A stretch of 64,000 nucleotides of DNA from a bacterium (GCA_965216635.1 OZ244188.1:448001-512000), one strand, 5' to 3'. Positions 50,500 to 61,191 are shown, numbered from the stretch's first letter. Numbers and translations are program-made. The notes: generated by a model not told the origin, from the sequence alone.

Positions 50500-51810
50500 A
50501 TGTTAAATGTTATCCGTAGTATTTTTAAAGTAGAAGACTTAAGGAATAGGGTTTTATTTACCCTATTGATTTTGGTTTTCTTTAGAGCTGGCACCCATAT
50601 TCCTATACCAGGAATAGATAGGGAAGCGCTTGGGGAACTCTTCAACTCTCAAATAGGCAATATTCTTTCTTTTTTTAACACCTTTTCTGGAGGGGCTTTA
50701 AGAAATCTCAGTATTTTTGCATTGGGCATTATTCCCTACATTAGTGCCTCTATTATTATGCAGATTATGACAGCCGTAGTTCCTAGATTGGAAAAATTAG
50801 CTCAAGAAGGCGACGATGGACGTCGTAAAATTTCTCAATATACAAGGTACCTCACTATGATTTTGAGTTTAATACAAGGGTTTGGAATAGTATCTGGTAT
50901 TGCCAATATTACTACTCCTACAGGTCAAGCTATTGTAGTAACAAACTTGAGTTATAATTATTTTTTAATTAGTTCTTTAATCACTTTAACAGCGGGAACT
51001 GCTTTTGTGATGTGGATGGGAGAAAAAATAAACGAAAGAGGAATAGGAAATGGTATGTCTATTATTGTATTTACTGGAATTTTAGCAGACATTCCTTTAG
51101 CGCTTGTGCGGACTTTTGAGTTGTTTCAAACAGGTGAATTAAGTGCTTTTATTATTATTTTAATCGCTATTTTAATGATAGTGATTGTGTGGGGTATTGT
51201 TTTTGTAGAATCTGCAGAAAGAAAAATACCTATTAACTACGCTAAAAGAGTGATTAAAAATAGAATTTATGGCGGACAATCTTCTTTTTTACCTTTAAAA
51301 GTCAATGTCTCAGGTGTTATTCCGCTGATTTTCGCATCTTCTTTATTAGCTTTTCCTTCTTCACTGACTGCTTTTGTTAGCACACCGTGGGTGCAATCTT
51401 TTGGGCAACAATTAGTGCCTGGTCGCTTGTTATACAATTTTGTATTTTCTATATTGATTTTCTTTTTCTGTTTTTTTTATGTAGCTATACAATTCAATCC
51501 TTTAAAGATTTCAGAAGATTTAAAACAGGGTGGAGGCTTTATTCCAGGGGTAAGACCCGGTCAAAAAACAGCGGATTACTTGAATTTGATACTAACTAGA
51601 ATTACTTTTGGAGGAGCTGTTTATTTGTGTGTTGTTAGTATTGTGCCAAGTTTTTTATATTCTTCTTTTAGTCTACCTTTCTTTTTTGGAGGAACAGCCT
51701 TGCTGATTGTAGTCAGTGTTGCCTTAGATACGGCGAAGCAGGTAGAGACATTTTTAATCTATCAAAATTATGAAGGTTTTATTAAGAAAAGTAGAAAGAG
51801 AAGGTATTGA
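50500..51810 (+). CDS. secY: Preprotein translocase SecY
   Basis: SIFALGIIPYISASII, GIGNGMS, IPGVRPG. Confidence 0.98.
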   Translation: MLNVIRSIFKVEDLRNRVLFTLLILVFFRAGTHIPIPGIDREALGELFNSQIGNILSFFNTFSGGALRNLSIFALGIIPYISASIIMQIMTAVVPRLEKLAQEGDDGRRKISQYTRYLTMILSLIQGFGIVSGIANITTPTGQAIVVTNLSYNYFLISSLITLTAGTAFVMWMGEKINERGIGNGMSIIVFTGILADIPLALVRTFELFQTGELSAFIIILIAILMIVIVWGIVFVESAERKIPINYAKRVIKNRIYGGQSSFLPLKVNVSGVIPLIFASSLLAFPSSLTAFVSTPWVQSFGQQLVPGRLLYNFVFSILIFFFCFFYVAIQFNPLKISEDLKQGGGFIPGVRPGQKTADYLNLILTRITFGGAVYLCVVSIVPSFLYSSFSLPFFFGGTALLIVVSVALDTAKQVETFLIYQNYEGFIKKSRKRRY

Positions 51811-51812
51811 AT

Positions 51813-52472
51813 ATGGTAGTATTATTTTTGGGAGCTCCTGGATCAGGCAAAGGTACTCAATCAAAGACATTTAGCGTAGATTTGAATATAGCCCATCTAT
51901 CTACAGGTGATATGCTAAGAAAGGAGGTAAAAAAAAAAAGTAAATTGGGAAGAATAGCAGAAGAATATATGAATACGGGAAAGTTGGTTACAGATGAATT
52001 GATGATTGATTTAATTAAACACAGAATCATTGAAAAAGATTGTGAGAATGGATTTATTTTAGATGGATTTCCTAGAAATTTAGTACAAGGTAAAGCTGTA
52101 GATAAACTACTACTAGAAAACAACTTGTCTTTTTCAAAAATTATTTTTTTAGATGTAAAAAAGGAGGTTTTGATAGAGAGGTTGACTGGAAGATATACCA
52201 ATCCAAAAACAGGAACAGTCTATCATAAAAAATACAATCCACCTTTAAGAGACGGATTTTGCGATTTAGATGGTACAAAATTGATTATTAGAGAAGATGA
52301 TAAAGAAGAAAAAATAATAGAACGATTAGATGTCTATGAAAAAGAGACCTTGCCGTTGATAAAGTATTATGAAAAAAATAAAAATTTATCAAGAATTGAA
52401 GCGAGTGGTACTATTGATGATATTAGTGAAAAAATTTTGAAAGAATTATATCAAGATGACAAAAGAAAGTAA
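51813..52472 (+). CDS. adk: Adenylate kinase
   Basis: [23 protein letters not shown]. Confidence 0.97.
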   Translation: MVVLFLGAPGSGKGTQSKTFSVDLNIAHLSTGDMLRKEVKKKSKLGRIAEEYMNTGKLVTDELMIDLIKHRIIEKDCENGFILDGFPRNLVQGKAVDKLLLENNLSFSKIIFLDVKKEVLIERLTGRYTNPKTGTVYHKKYNPPLRDGFCDLDGTKLIIREDDKEEKIIERLDVYEKETLPLIKYYEKNKNLSRIEASGTIDDISEKILKELYQDDKRK

Positions 52473-52677
52473 AGAATTTACAGGAAAAGTTTTAGAATCT
52501 TTACCTAATGCGTTATTTAAAGTGCAACTGAACGAAGTGGATCAAGTTGTACTTGCCCATATATCTGGCAAAATGCGAATTAATTATATTAGAATTTTAC
52601 CCGGTGATAAAGTCAAGGTAGAAGTTTCTCCTTATGACTTAACAAAGGGAAGAATTACTTTTAGAGATAAAAAATGA
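52456..52677 (+). CDS. infA: Translation initiation factor IF-1
   Basis: [25 protein letters not shown]. Confidence 0.98.
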   Translation: MTKESKEFTGKVLESLPNALFKVQLNEVDQVVLAHISGKMRINYIRILPGDKVKVEVSPYDLTKGRITFRDKK

Positions 52678-52787
52678 AAGTAGGAGCATCAGCAAAAAAA
52701 ATTTGTAAGGATTGCAAAATCATTAAAAGAAAAAGAATCGTAAGGGTGATTTGTAAGAATCCGAAACACAAACAAAGACAAGGATAG
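52674..52787 (+). CDS. rpmJ: 50S ribosomal protein L36, not in the ORF track
   Basis: [37 protein letters not shown]. Confidence 0.97.
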   Translation: MKVGASAKKICKDCKIIKRKRIVRVICKNPKHKQRQG

Positions 52788-52790
52788 TTT

Positions 52791-53135
52791 ATGGCTAGAA
52801 TAGAAGGAACCCAACTACCAAATAGTAAGAGAATTATTATTGCCCTAACTAGAATTTATGGAATAGGAAAATCTCTTTCAAAAAAAATACTTCTGAAAAC
52901 GGGTATTGATGAAAATACTAAGGTTAAAGATTTAGGAGATCAGGACCTTGCAAAAATCAGACAGGAGTTACGGAATTATCTTATTGAAGGAGATTTAAGA
53001 ACAAAAGTTAGTCTTGATATTAAACGCATTATAGACTTAGGTTGTTATCGCGGTATTAGACATAGACGCAGACTACCTTCAAGAGGACAAAGGACTAAGA
53101 CGAATGCTCGGACTTGTAAGGGTCGTAAAAAATAA
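52791..53135 (+). CDS. rpsM: 30S ribosomal protein S13
   Basis: [26 protein letters not shown]. Confidence 0.98.
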   Translation: MARIEGTQLPNSKRIIIALTRIYGIGKSLSKKILLKTGIDENTKVKDLGDQDLAKIRQELRNYLIEGDLRTKVSLDIKRIIDLGCYRGIRHRRRLPSRGQRTKTNARTCKGRKK

Positions 53136-53137
53136 TA

Positions 53138-53485
53138 AGATCATTGCATTTGCCTAGCCTAACTTGTTGCTTTAAACTATTTGTGGGCTATTTCGCTCTG
53201 GCTGTTTCGCACTGGCTGTTTCACACTTAACATTTGATGGTGTTTAAGTTTTATAATATTTGCAAGAACGGCATTGAAAAGTTTTTTTAACTCTTGAAAT
53301 ACTCTTATTGCTGAACGCAAAATAAGGGTTATAGTAAAAGAGCCACTGGCTCTTTTACATTTCTTTTTTTGGATTATATAAGTTTTGTAGTGCCTGCTCC
53401 CATTATTGTGGCACTATGATATTCCTGTTAGCTAAAAAATTTTTCCGCCTTGCCTAGCCGTCACATAGCGCCAATGCAATGGTCT
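53138..53485. mobile_element. Composite MITE with two nested hairpin elements, between rpsM and rpsK
   Basis: TIRs AGATCATTGCATT...AATGCAATGGTCT; inserts at about 53163-53270 and 53304-53418; a further palindromic remnant at 53493-53547. Confidence 0.8.
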
Positions 53486-53585
53486 TATAATATGAAAATT
53501 TTGAATTAGACATCACGCTACGTCTACGCCTGATTCAAAAATTTTCAATAATTTTAATAAAATAATAATTTTTAATTAGTTGATT

Positions 53586-53966
53586 ATGGCAGAAAAAAAA
53601 TCTACATCAAAAAAAAAAGAAGTTTCTCACGCTAGAGTTCATATTTATACTTCCTTTAATAACACTATGCTAACATTGAGTGATTTAAATGGTAATGTTC
53701 TTTGTTGGTCTAGTGCGGGTTTGCACGGGTTTAAAGGTTCTAGGAAGAGCACTCCTTATGCTGCTCAGATTACAGGGGAAGATCTTATAAAAAAAGCGAG
53801 TCATTTTGGTGTAAGAACTCTAGATATACATGTAAGAGGACCTGGAGGTGGGAGAGAAAATGCTCTGCGTGTGATGGCTAATAGTGGTTTGAGGGTTAAT
53901 TATATTAAGGATATTACAGCTATCCCTCATAATGGTTGTAAGCCGCCAAAGCGAAGAAGAATTTAA
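53586..53966 (+). CDS. rpsK: 30S ribosomal protein S11
   Basis: SFNNT, GSRKSTPYAAQ, PHNGCKPPKRRR. Confidence 0.98.
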   Translation: MAEKKSTSKKKEVSHARVHIYTSFNNTMLTLSDLNGNVLCWSSAGLHGFKGSRKSTPYAAQITGEDLIKKASHFGVRTLDIHVRGPGGGRENALRVMANSGLRVNYIKDITAIPHNGCKPPKRRRI

Positions 53967-54050
53967 AAAGACTGTTTTTGATTCACTAAAATTTGTAGTG
54001 AAAAAAATTAATCACAAAGTTACAAAACTATCTATCTAAAAAAAAATAAT

Positions 54051-55115
54051 ATGGATGCAGAAAATAAAGCAGAACAGGAAGTAACGGATAAAAATCTACA
54101 CGATGCCCTGTTGTTTAGTCAAAATTGGGAAACTATAGAAAAACCAAACTCTGTAGTTGTTGATACTACTTCCAATGGTTCTTATGGTAAATTTATACTA
54201 GAGCCTTTGCATAAAGGTTTCGGGGTAACTATTGGACACTCCTTAAGACGAGTTCTACTTTCTTCCTTAGTTAGTACAGCAGTTTATGCAGTTAAAATTG
54301 AAGGAGTATCCCACGAGTATGAGAGTATGCGAGGAGTTAGAGAAGATGTTTTACAAATTATTCTAAATATCAAAGAAGTAGTTTTTAAAGCAAATGTAAG
54401 CGAAGATATTATTCTCAAACTAGAAGCAAAGGGATCTCAGCAAGTAACAGCAAAACAAATTCAGACTCAAGGGCTTGTGAGTATTATTAATGAAGATAAA
54501 GTGCTTTGCTCTTTAGAGCAAGATGCAGAAATTGAGATGACTTTGTATTTAAAAATGAATAGAGGTTTAGTTTCTTCGGAAGAAAATTTTATGGAAGATA
54601 TGCCAATAGGAACAATTTTTTTAGATTCTAATCATTCCCCTATTCAAAAAATTTCTTATGAAGTCCAAGATACTCTAGTAGGTAAAAAAACCGATCACGA
54701 CAGACTTATTTTTGAGCTATGGACAAATGGAGGCATAGAACCAGTCAATGCAATTAGTTATGCTTCAAAAATACTTACAGATTGTTACAAAATTTTCATT
54801 AACTTTGATGAAAAAAGTATCGTCACAGAAAAGCCAAAGCAATTAGTGACAGTGCAGACAGAAAATGATCATCTCAAAAGAAGTATCAATGAACTGGAAC
54901 TTTCTGTTCGTGCTGTGCATTGTCTGGAAGCGATTGGTATTAAAACTATTAAGGATTTGGCGCAAAAAACTGAACCTGAAATGTTAAAGCTTCAGAATTT
55001 TGGTAAAAAATCTTTGGATGAAATAAAAAAAATTTTAGCTAGTATGGGTTTAAATTTTGGAATCAGGTTTGATAATGAATCAAAAGAAATAGATGATATA
55101 ACAGAAGAAAAATAA
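54051..55115 (+). CDS. rpoA: RNA polymerase alpha subunit
   Basis: EPLHKGFGVTIGHSLRRVLLSS, ELSVRA, NFGKKSL. Confidence 0.97.
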   Translation: MDAENKAEQEVTDKNLHDALLFSQNWETIEKPNSVVVDTTSNGSYGKFILEPLHKGFGVTIGHSLRRVLLSSLVSTAVYAVKIEGVSHEYESMRGVREDVLQIILNIKEVVFKANVSEDIILKLEAKGSQQVTAKQIQTQGLVSIINEDKVLCSLEQDAEIEMTLYLKMNRGLVSSEENFMEDMPIGTIFLDSNHSPIQKISYEVQDTLVGKKTDHDRLIFELWTNGGIEPVNAISYASKILTDCYKIFINFDEKSIVTEKPKQLVTVQTENDHLKRSINELELSVRAVHCLEAIGIKTIKDLAQKTEPEMLKLQNFGKKSLDEIKKILASMGLNFGIRFDNESKEIDDITEEK

Positions 55116-55663
55116 TGCGGCATTTAAAAAATAGAAACAAACTAGGTGTTAAAACTTCCCATAGGATGGCTATGGTTCGCAATTTAGTCACCCAACTGTT
55201 ACAACACAAACAGATTGTGACTACCTTGACTCGGGCAAAAAACATTCGCACCCCCTTAGATAAGATGATTGTTTTAGCGAAAAAAAACAATTTAGCTTCG
55301 CAAAGGAGAATATTTTCTTTTGTTAAAAATAAAGCAGCAGTGAAAATGTTGCAAGAGCAGTACGCAGAAATCTATAAAAACAGACAGAGCGGATTTACTC
55401 AAATCTATAAATTAAAAAATAGAATGGGAGATAACACTCCTATGGCACTGATTCGTATGGTAGATATAGAACTGTTGAAACAAAATGAAGAAAAAAAAGT
55501 CGTTGATACTTCCACTACCTTAAAAGAAGTCAAAAAAGATATAGAACAAAAAACACCAAGTACGACTTCAGCACAGCCTCCAAAAACAACGGAAGGCGAA
55601 ACAGATGAAAAACTAGAAACCAAAACATTTCATACAACCGAAAAAAAATCCCCCGCAATCTAA
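55115..55663 (+). CDS. rplQ: 50S ribosomal protein L17 with a low-complexity C-terminal extension
   Basis: MRHLK, SHRMAM, TTLTRAK, RMGDNTPMA. Confidence 0.96.
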   Translation: MRHLKNRNKLGVKTSHRMAMVRNLVTQLLQHKQIVTTLTRAKNIRTPLDKMIVLAKKNNLASQRRIFSFVKNKAAVKMLQEQYAEIYKNRQSGFTQIYKLKNRMGDNTPMALIRMVDIELLKQNEEKKVVDTSTTLKEVKKDIEQKTPSTTSAQPPKTTEGETDEKLETKTFHTTEKKSPAI

Positions 55664-55705
55664 TAAGGTTTAGCTATAGAGGTAAAAATATTGGAAAAAA
55701 TCACA

Positions 55706-56227
55706 ATGTCTGATATAGAAGCCATTATAGAAGCGTTGCTTTTTAGCACAGATGAGCCTTTATCTATCGCAGATTTTAAAAAAATCACTCAAAATTCCAG
55801 TCAAATAATCCAGCAGGCTATAAAAAAATTGAGCACTGTTTATGAAAAAAATGAACATTCCTTTGAAATTGTTTTAGTAGCAGGAGGTTATTTGTTACGT
55901 ACTAAAAAGGAATTTTCTACTTGGATCAAAAAAAATCAAAAAATCAAAAAACAAGTTCTAAGGAAATCAACATTAGAAACTCTTTCTTTAATTGCTTATA
56001 AGCAACCTATTTCTAAACAAGACATCAATCAAATCAGACAATTAGATAGTAGTGGCACTATTCGCAATCTACTAGAAAAAGGATTAATTAAAATAGCAGG
56101 AAGAAGTTCTGCTTTAGGTAAGCCTCTACTTTATGGTACTTCCAATAAATTTTTAGAAATGCTGGGTTTTAAAAAACTCAGTGATTTACCACAGCTAGAT
56201 GAAAGCGATTATCCAGATAATTTTTAA
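55706..56227 (+). CDS. scpB: SMC-Scp complex subunit ScpB
   Basis: IEALLF, LETLSLIAYKQPI, GKPLLYGTS. Confidence 0.92.
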   Translation: MSDIEAIIEALLFSTDEPLSIADFKKITQNSSQIIQQAIKKLSTVYEKNEHSFEIVLVAGGYLLRTKKEFSTWIKKNQKIKKQVLRKSTLETLSLIAYKQPISKQDINQIRQLDSSGTIRNLLEKGLIKIAGRSSALGKPLLYGTSNKFLEMLGFKKLSDLPQLDESDYPDNF

Positions 56228-56232
56228 AACAG

Positions 56233-57312
56233 GTGAATAAAATCAAGCCTCTCCTTTTAATAAAAACAGGAACCAGACTGCTAACGAAAAACAATCAAAA
56301 ATTAGATTACAAATCTATCCAAAATATTATTAATCAAATTGCCAAACTGCACAAAGAATTTTCTATTATTTTGGTGAGTTCTGGCGCTGTAGGAGCAGGC
56401 AGAGAGATTATTTTACTAGATATTAAAGATCCTATAACCCAAAAACAAGTATTGGCTAGCTTGGGACAAGTTAGGCTATTACAGATTTATTTTGATTTTT
56501 TTCAAAAGAAAAAAATTCTTATCGCACAAGCTCTAATCACTAAGGAAGATTTTCAAAAAAAAGAATCCTATTTCAATATGAAAAAAGTTTTTTACCAACT
56601 TTTGGAAAAAAATATTATTCCTATCATCAATGAGAACGATGTCACCAGTAGTTTTGAAAACACTTTTGGAGATAACGACCAGCTAGCTGCTTTAACGGCT
56701 GCTTTGATGCAAGCGGAAAAAATGGTTTTACTCAGTGATATAGATGGACTTTTCACCGATGATCCTAAGAAAAGCAATCAAGCAAAAGCAATTAGAGAAA
56801 TTGAAAATATAGATGAAACAATTCTACAATACGCTAAAAAAAGTTTATCTGATGGAGGAACAGGAGGTATGTATAGTAAATTGCTAGCAGCAAAAATCAC
56901 CACAGACCATGGCATTGCAACTGTGCTTTGTAACGGAAAAAATAAAGATGCTTTACTCAAAGCAGTTTATTCTGAAAAAGACTATGGGACTTTATTTTTA
57001 CCTAAGAAAAAAAAAAAATTATCTTTTTATGGAAAATGGATAAAAACAGTAGCCCAGATTGAAGGGAAGATATTTATAGATTCTGGGGCAGTCAGTGCTT
57101 TAAAACAAGGAAAAAGTCTACTTGCAGTGGGTATTACTTCTGCAGAAGGAAATTTCAAAAAACGCGGTATTGTACTTATTTTATCTGATACTGGTCTTCG
57201 CGTAGCGCTAGGGGTGAGTAGAGAAGATGGAGCAAAACTCAAAGAGATACTTGTTTCTAATAAAAAAAAAGGGATAACTATTGTTCATCGTGATTATCTC
57301 TATCTTTTATGA
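56233..57312 (+). CDS. proB: Glutamate 5-kinase with PUA domain
   Basis: VSSGAVGAG, PIINEND, FGDNDQL, GTGGMYSK. Confidence 0.95.
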   Translation: MNKIKPLLLIKTGTRLLTKNNQKLDYKSIQNIINQIAKLHKEFSIILVSSGAVGAGREIILLDIKDPITQKQVLASLGQVRLLQIYFDFFQKKKILIAQALITKEDFQKKESYFNMKKVFYQLLEKNIIPIINENDVTSSFENTFGDNDQLAALTAALMQAEKMVLLSDIDGLFTDDPKKSNQAKAIREIENIDETILQYAKKSLSDGGTGGMYSKLLAAKITTDHGIATVLCNGKNKDALLKAVYSEKDYGTLFLPKKKKKLSFYGKWIKTVAQIEGKIFIDSGAVSALKQGKSLLAVGITSAEGNFKKRGIVLILSDTGLRVALGVSREDGAKLKEILVSNKKKGITIVHRDYLYLL

Positions 57313-57955
57313 TTTTCTTTAGAGCTTTTTGAAACCACTTAGCTTTTTGCTCTTCAAATTTCCATTGAATAATTTGAATAACCTGATTTGCTGTTTTTTG
57401 TGGATCGTGATTATTTAGTATGTAAAAAATCCTTTCATTATCTTGTCTTTTTAACCATAAATAATTTTCCATTACTTGCTTTCTAAAATCAGCATTTTTT
57501 TTATCAAAGTGATTTTTGTTTTTACGTTTCTGTATTCTTTTTCGAATAGTTTCTTCAGAAGCACTGATAAGGAAAGTTAAATTTGGTTTCAGGAAAAATT
57601 TGGAATAAAAATCAAAAAAATATTCTCTTTCTTGTTTGTTTGAACTTTGATAGGCAATAGTGGAATCTTGATACCTATCACAAAGCACAACAGTTTTATT
57701 TTGCAGTGCTGGTATTATTTTTTCCTCTAGGTGTTGAGCTCTATTTGCCATAAATAAAAAAGCCTGTGCTAGAAGAGATATTTCGGGTTTATCAAAAATC
57801 AATTTACGAATCGGTTGACCAATAGAGCTAGAACCTGGTTCAAATAGGCATAGTAGTTTCATTTCTTTTTTTCGTAACCAATCTCCAACAACCTGCATTA
57901 TAAAGGTTTTTCCTACTCCGTCTATTCCTTCAAAAGTTATAAACATACCACTCAT
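57278..57955 (-). CDS. tmk: Thymidylate kinase
   Basis: FITFEGIDGVGKT, VLCDRY..STIAYQ. Confidence 0.95.
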   Translation of the reverse strand: MSGMFITFEGIDGVGKTFIMQVVGDWLRKKEMKLLCLFEPGSSSIGQPIRKLIFDKPEISLLAQAFLFMANRAQHLEEKIIPALQNKTVVLCDRYQDSTIAYQSSNKQEREYFFDFYSKFFLKPNLTFLISASEETIRKRIQKRKNKNHFDKKNADFRKQVMENYLWLKRQDNERIFYILNNHDPQKTANQVIQIIQWKFEEQKAKWFQKALKKIIKDRDNHDEQ

Positions 57956-58917
57956 AATCCAGACCTTACTAAATCTTGCAGACTTAACATTCCTATTGGT
58001 TTATTTCCATCTACAATAGGCATCGTATTGAAAGATTTTTTATTTTGTTTCATAAAAAGCAAGGCGTCGTAAGCATTACTTTTAGCGGGAAAAGTAATAG
58101 GGTTTTTATTCATAATCTGTTTTGCTGTGATCTGGGAAAAATCCCTTTTGTTTTGGAATAAGCCTCTTATATCGTAACCCGTAATCAATCCTACCAATTC
58201 TTTTTTATCATTGGTTACAGAGACTGCATTAGATTTACCCTTTGTAATGGCAATGATTACCTTTGTAAAGGTTTCATTTATATGGACTGTAGGATTTTCT
58301 ATTCCTTTTTTCATTACATCTTCTACTTGTAATAGCAATTTTTTACCTAAACTTCCAGCAGGGTGGAATTTAGCAAAGTGCTCCTTTGTAAAACCTTTTA
58401 AATCCATTAAAGCCATAGCCAAAGCATCTCCTATGACCAAAGCTAAGGTGGTGGAGGAGGTGGGAGCTAAGTTAATTGAACAAGCTTCTTTTTTCACCGG
58501 TAAGTATAGTAGATAATCCACTTGTTTAGCAAGAGTAGAATTTTTCTGAGAGCAAATAGCAATCAAAGGAATTTTTATTTTCTTTAGGCTAAGAGTAAGA
58601 TTAGCTATCTCTTCGCTCTCTCCAGATTTACTGATAAAAATAACAATATCTTCTGAGCTTACTATTCCTAAATCTCCGTGACAAGCCTCTGCAGGATGCA
58701 AAAAGCAAGAAGGAGTTCCAGTAGAAGACATAGTTGATGCGATTTTTTGAGCAATATGTCCAGATTTACCCATACCTACCCAAATCACCTTACCTTTATT
58801 TTTATGGAGTAGTTGGACTACCTTTGTATAATTATCATCTATACTAGGAGGTAGTTCTTTTAAACAATCCAATTCTACAGAAATAACCCGATGAATCTCT
58901 AGCTGAATTTTATCCAT
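57952..58917 (-). CDS. kdsD: Arabinose-5-phosphate isomerase (KpsF/GutQ; SIS plus CBS domains)
   Basis: GMGKSGHIA, HPAEACHGDLG, APTSST, HPAGSLG. Confidence 0.92.
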   Translation of the reverse strand: MDKIQLEIHRVISVELDCLKELPPSIDDNYTKVVQLLHKNKGKVIWVGMGKSGHIAQKIASTMSSTGTPSCFLHPAEACHGDLGIVSSEDIVIFISKSGESEEIANLTLSLKKIKIPLIAICSQKNSTLAKQVDYLLYLPVKKEACSINLAPTSSTTLALVIGDALAMALMDLKGFTKEHFAKFHPAGSLGKKLLLQVEDVMKKGIENPTVHINETFTKVIIAITKGKSNAVSVTNDKKELVGLITGYDIRGLFQNKRDFSQITAKQIMNKNPITFPAKSNAYDALLFMKQNKKSFNTMPIVDGNKPIGMLSLQDLVRSGL

Positions 58918-58980
58918 TGTTTTTTTTATCTATATTGTATATACTAGCCTTTATTGAAACTTTTTACCATAAAAAAGAAA

Positions 58981-59862
58981 ATGAAATTTATTAATCAGGA
59001 CGATTTTCATTTAGAATCTTATAAAATTAGTCCAGAAGAATTCTATCAAAAGAAAATAGATCCTTCCAGACCCATTGTTTTGGATATTCGTCCACTAGAT
59101 GTCTCTTCTCAAATGAGCATAGAAGGTTCTTACAGTCTGCCTGCAGAAATGTTTAATGAAAGACTCATTCAGTTACCTCCTTTCGGCATTATTATCCTTT
59201 ATTCTGATAAAGCCAATAGTGATATTAAAGATAATATGTATCTATTGTGGGAAAATGGATTTAGCGAGATTTTTTATGTAGATGGTGGTTTTGAAGGCAT
59301 CCTAGCGGCTCTTTTTGAACTGAGTGTTAGTGCGAAAAAAAATATGGCTACTTATATTAAAAAAGTATCTCCTAAACAAAAGGCTATGCAGGTTGTAGTC
59401 AAAGGTAGAGATTATACTCTTGTTGCTTTAGAAGAAAAACCTTCTTCCGATTTATTTCCATTAGAATTTGAAGGATTTAAGTTATACATCAACCCAGATT
59501 CTCAAAGATTACTCTTAGGTAGTAAAATAGATTTTGTGGATAATAGGCTACAAATAGATCATTTAAGAATGCACGAACCTAAACTTCAAGGTAGTATTAA
59601 AGAGCAAGTACAAAAAATATTAGATCAACAAATCAATCCGATGGTGGACGCTCACGGTGGAGTAATTCATTTAATTGATGTTGTAGAAGATACAGTTTAC
59701 ATAGAAATGGGGGGAGGGTGTCAAGGCTGCGGTATGTCTACTGTTACTTTGAAAAAAGGAGTAGAACATGCGATTAAAGATAATATCCCAGAGATCAATA
59801 CGATTTTAGATACAACAGACCATGCGGCAGGTAATAACCCTTATTATAAACCGCAAGAATGA
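58981..59862 (+). CDS. Rhodanese-like plus NfuA/NifU-C Fe-S carrier fusion
   Basis: N-terminal VLDIR...IEGS...VDGGF; C-terminal INPMVDAHGG...GGCQGCG...DTTDHAAGNNPY. Confidence 0.8.
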   Translation: MKFINQDDFHLESYKISPEEFYQKKIDPSRPIVLDIRPLDVSSQMSIEGSYSLPAEMFNERLIQLPPFGIIILYSDKANSDIKDNMYLLWENGFSEIFYVDGGFEGILAALFELSVSAKKNMATYIKKVSPKQKAMQVVVKGRDYTLVALEEKPSSDLFPLEFEGFKLYINPDSQRLLLGSKIDFVDNRLQIDHLRMHEPKLQGSIKEQVQKILDQQINPMVDAHGGVIHLIDVVEDTVYIEMGGGCQGCGMSTVTLKKGVEHAIKDNIPEINTILDTTDHAAGNNPYYKPQE

Positions 59863-59888
59863 GACTGTTGCCAAACTAAAATCTCAGT

Positions 59889-60359
59889 ATGATGCAACTA
59901 AAAACTTTTAAGCTAATTGGCTTTTTTTTTCTTTTCACCCATATTTTTCTGGATTTAACTTTACTGGCTTTACCCAAAGAAAAAAGGCTAGTTCTTTTTG
60001 AAAATGGTGCTAGTTTTCAAGCGAGAGTAGCCATTACGCCACAAGAGCAAAGGATTGGTTTGGGATTTTTACCTGAAGATACGAAAATAGCTCTACTTTT
60101 TTGGTATAATGATGCTAGAGAAAGAATTTTTTGGATGAAAAATATGCAGTTTCCTATAGATATTATTTGGATTTATAAAAATAAAGTTGTTTTAGTTGAA
60201 AAAAATATTTTTCCTCCTAGTCTACTTGTAGAAGACGAGAAAATACCAAAATACGGTTATGGGATTTTAGCAGATAAAGTCCTAGAAATTTCTGCAGGAG
60301 AAGCAAGAAAGAAAAAAATTGATAAGGGATTAAAGGTGCAATTTAAACGAATACAATGA
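59889..60359 (+). CDS. DUF192 family protein
   Basis: FWMKNMQFPIDIIW, VLEISAG. Confidence 0.85.
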   Translation: MMQLKTFKLIGFFFLFTHIFLDLTLLALPKEKRLVLFENGASFQARVAITPQEQRIGLGFLPEDTKIALLFWYNDARERIFWMKNMQFPIDIIWIYKNKVVLVEKNIFPPSLLVEDEKIPKYGYGILADKVLEISAGEARKKKIDKGLKVQFKRIQ

Positions 60360-61015
60360 AAATTTTAGGAATAGATGAAGCAGGCAGAGGTTCTGTTTTA
60401 GGCAATATGTTTTTATGTGGATTTATTTGCTCGGATAAAAATTTGCCTCTACTGAAAAAAATGGGAGTTAAAGATTCTAAATCTTTTGGTTCTACAGATA
60501 AATCGCGACAAAAAAGAGTCCTACTTGCTAAAACACTCAAAGAAAATTTTAGTTATCAAATAGAAGAAGTATCAGCAGCTAAAATTGATATCTTTGTAAG
60601 TAAAAAAAAGCTAAACCAGTTAGAAAGAGAAGTAGCCTGCACAATCATAGATTCTAATCAGTGTGATAGAATTTTACTAGATGGCTTAAATATTTTCAAA
60701 CCACTCACGAAAAAATATCCTCATGCCTTAGCACTCAATCATGGAGACAAAAAAAAACTCACTATAGCTGCTGCTTCTATTTTAGCTAAGGACGCTAGAG
60801 ATTCCTCTATACAAACGCTTTATCAACCTTTTGAATCGCTCTATGGGAATATTTTAGGAGGAGGTTATGCCAATCAAGCCAGTTTAGATTTTGTTGTTTG
60901 GCATAAAAAAAATTATGGCACTTTGCCTAGTTTTTATCGCAAAGAGTACTCTTGGAAAGAGTTAGATAAATTTTTACTGGGCCAAGTTATTGGAACAAAA
61001 AGTGCTATAATATAA
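60356..61015 (+). CDS. rnhB: Ribonuclease HII
   Basis: GIDEAGRG, VKDSK, LLDG, IAAASILAK. Confidence 0.9.
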   Translation: MKILGIDEAGRGSVLGNMFLCGFICSDKNLPLLKKMGVKDSKSFGSTDKSRQKRVLLAKTLKENFSYQIEEVSAAKIDIFVSKKKLNQLEREVACTIIDSNQCDRILLDGLNIFKPLTKKYPHALALNHGDKKKLTIAAASILAKDARDSSIQTLYQPFESLYGNILGGGYANQASLDFVVWHKKNYGTLPSFYRKEYSWKELDKFLLGQVIGTKSAII

Positions 61016-61018
61016 AGA

Positions 61019-61160
61019 AAGATTGTTGAATTAAGCATTCTAGTTCGGCTATAATGTGTTGCTCAAATTTTTTATTCCTTAAAATACTTCAATATTTCTA
61101 GCAATAAAAAATTTTCGCGACTTATCTGGCTTTCCTATAATGCTAAAGTTCAACAATCTT
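61019..61160. mobile_element. MITE family B
   Basis: AAGATTGTTGAATTAAGCATTCTAGTTCGG...AATGCTAAAGTTCAACAATCTT. Confidence 0.82.
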
Positions 61161-61191
61161 AAAGAGTAGTATTTGGAAGAAATTTTGAAAA

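Noticed and set aside
1458..60540. Many short antisense or overlapping ORFs in the track (e.g. 3464-3874, 40431-40955, 45040-45357)
   Set aside because: Shadow frames of well-supported genes with no recognisable motifs
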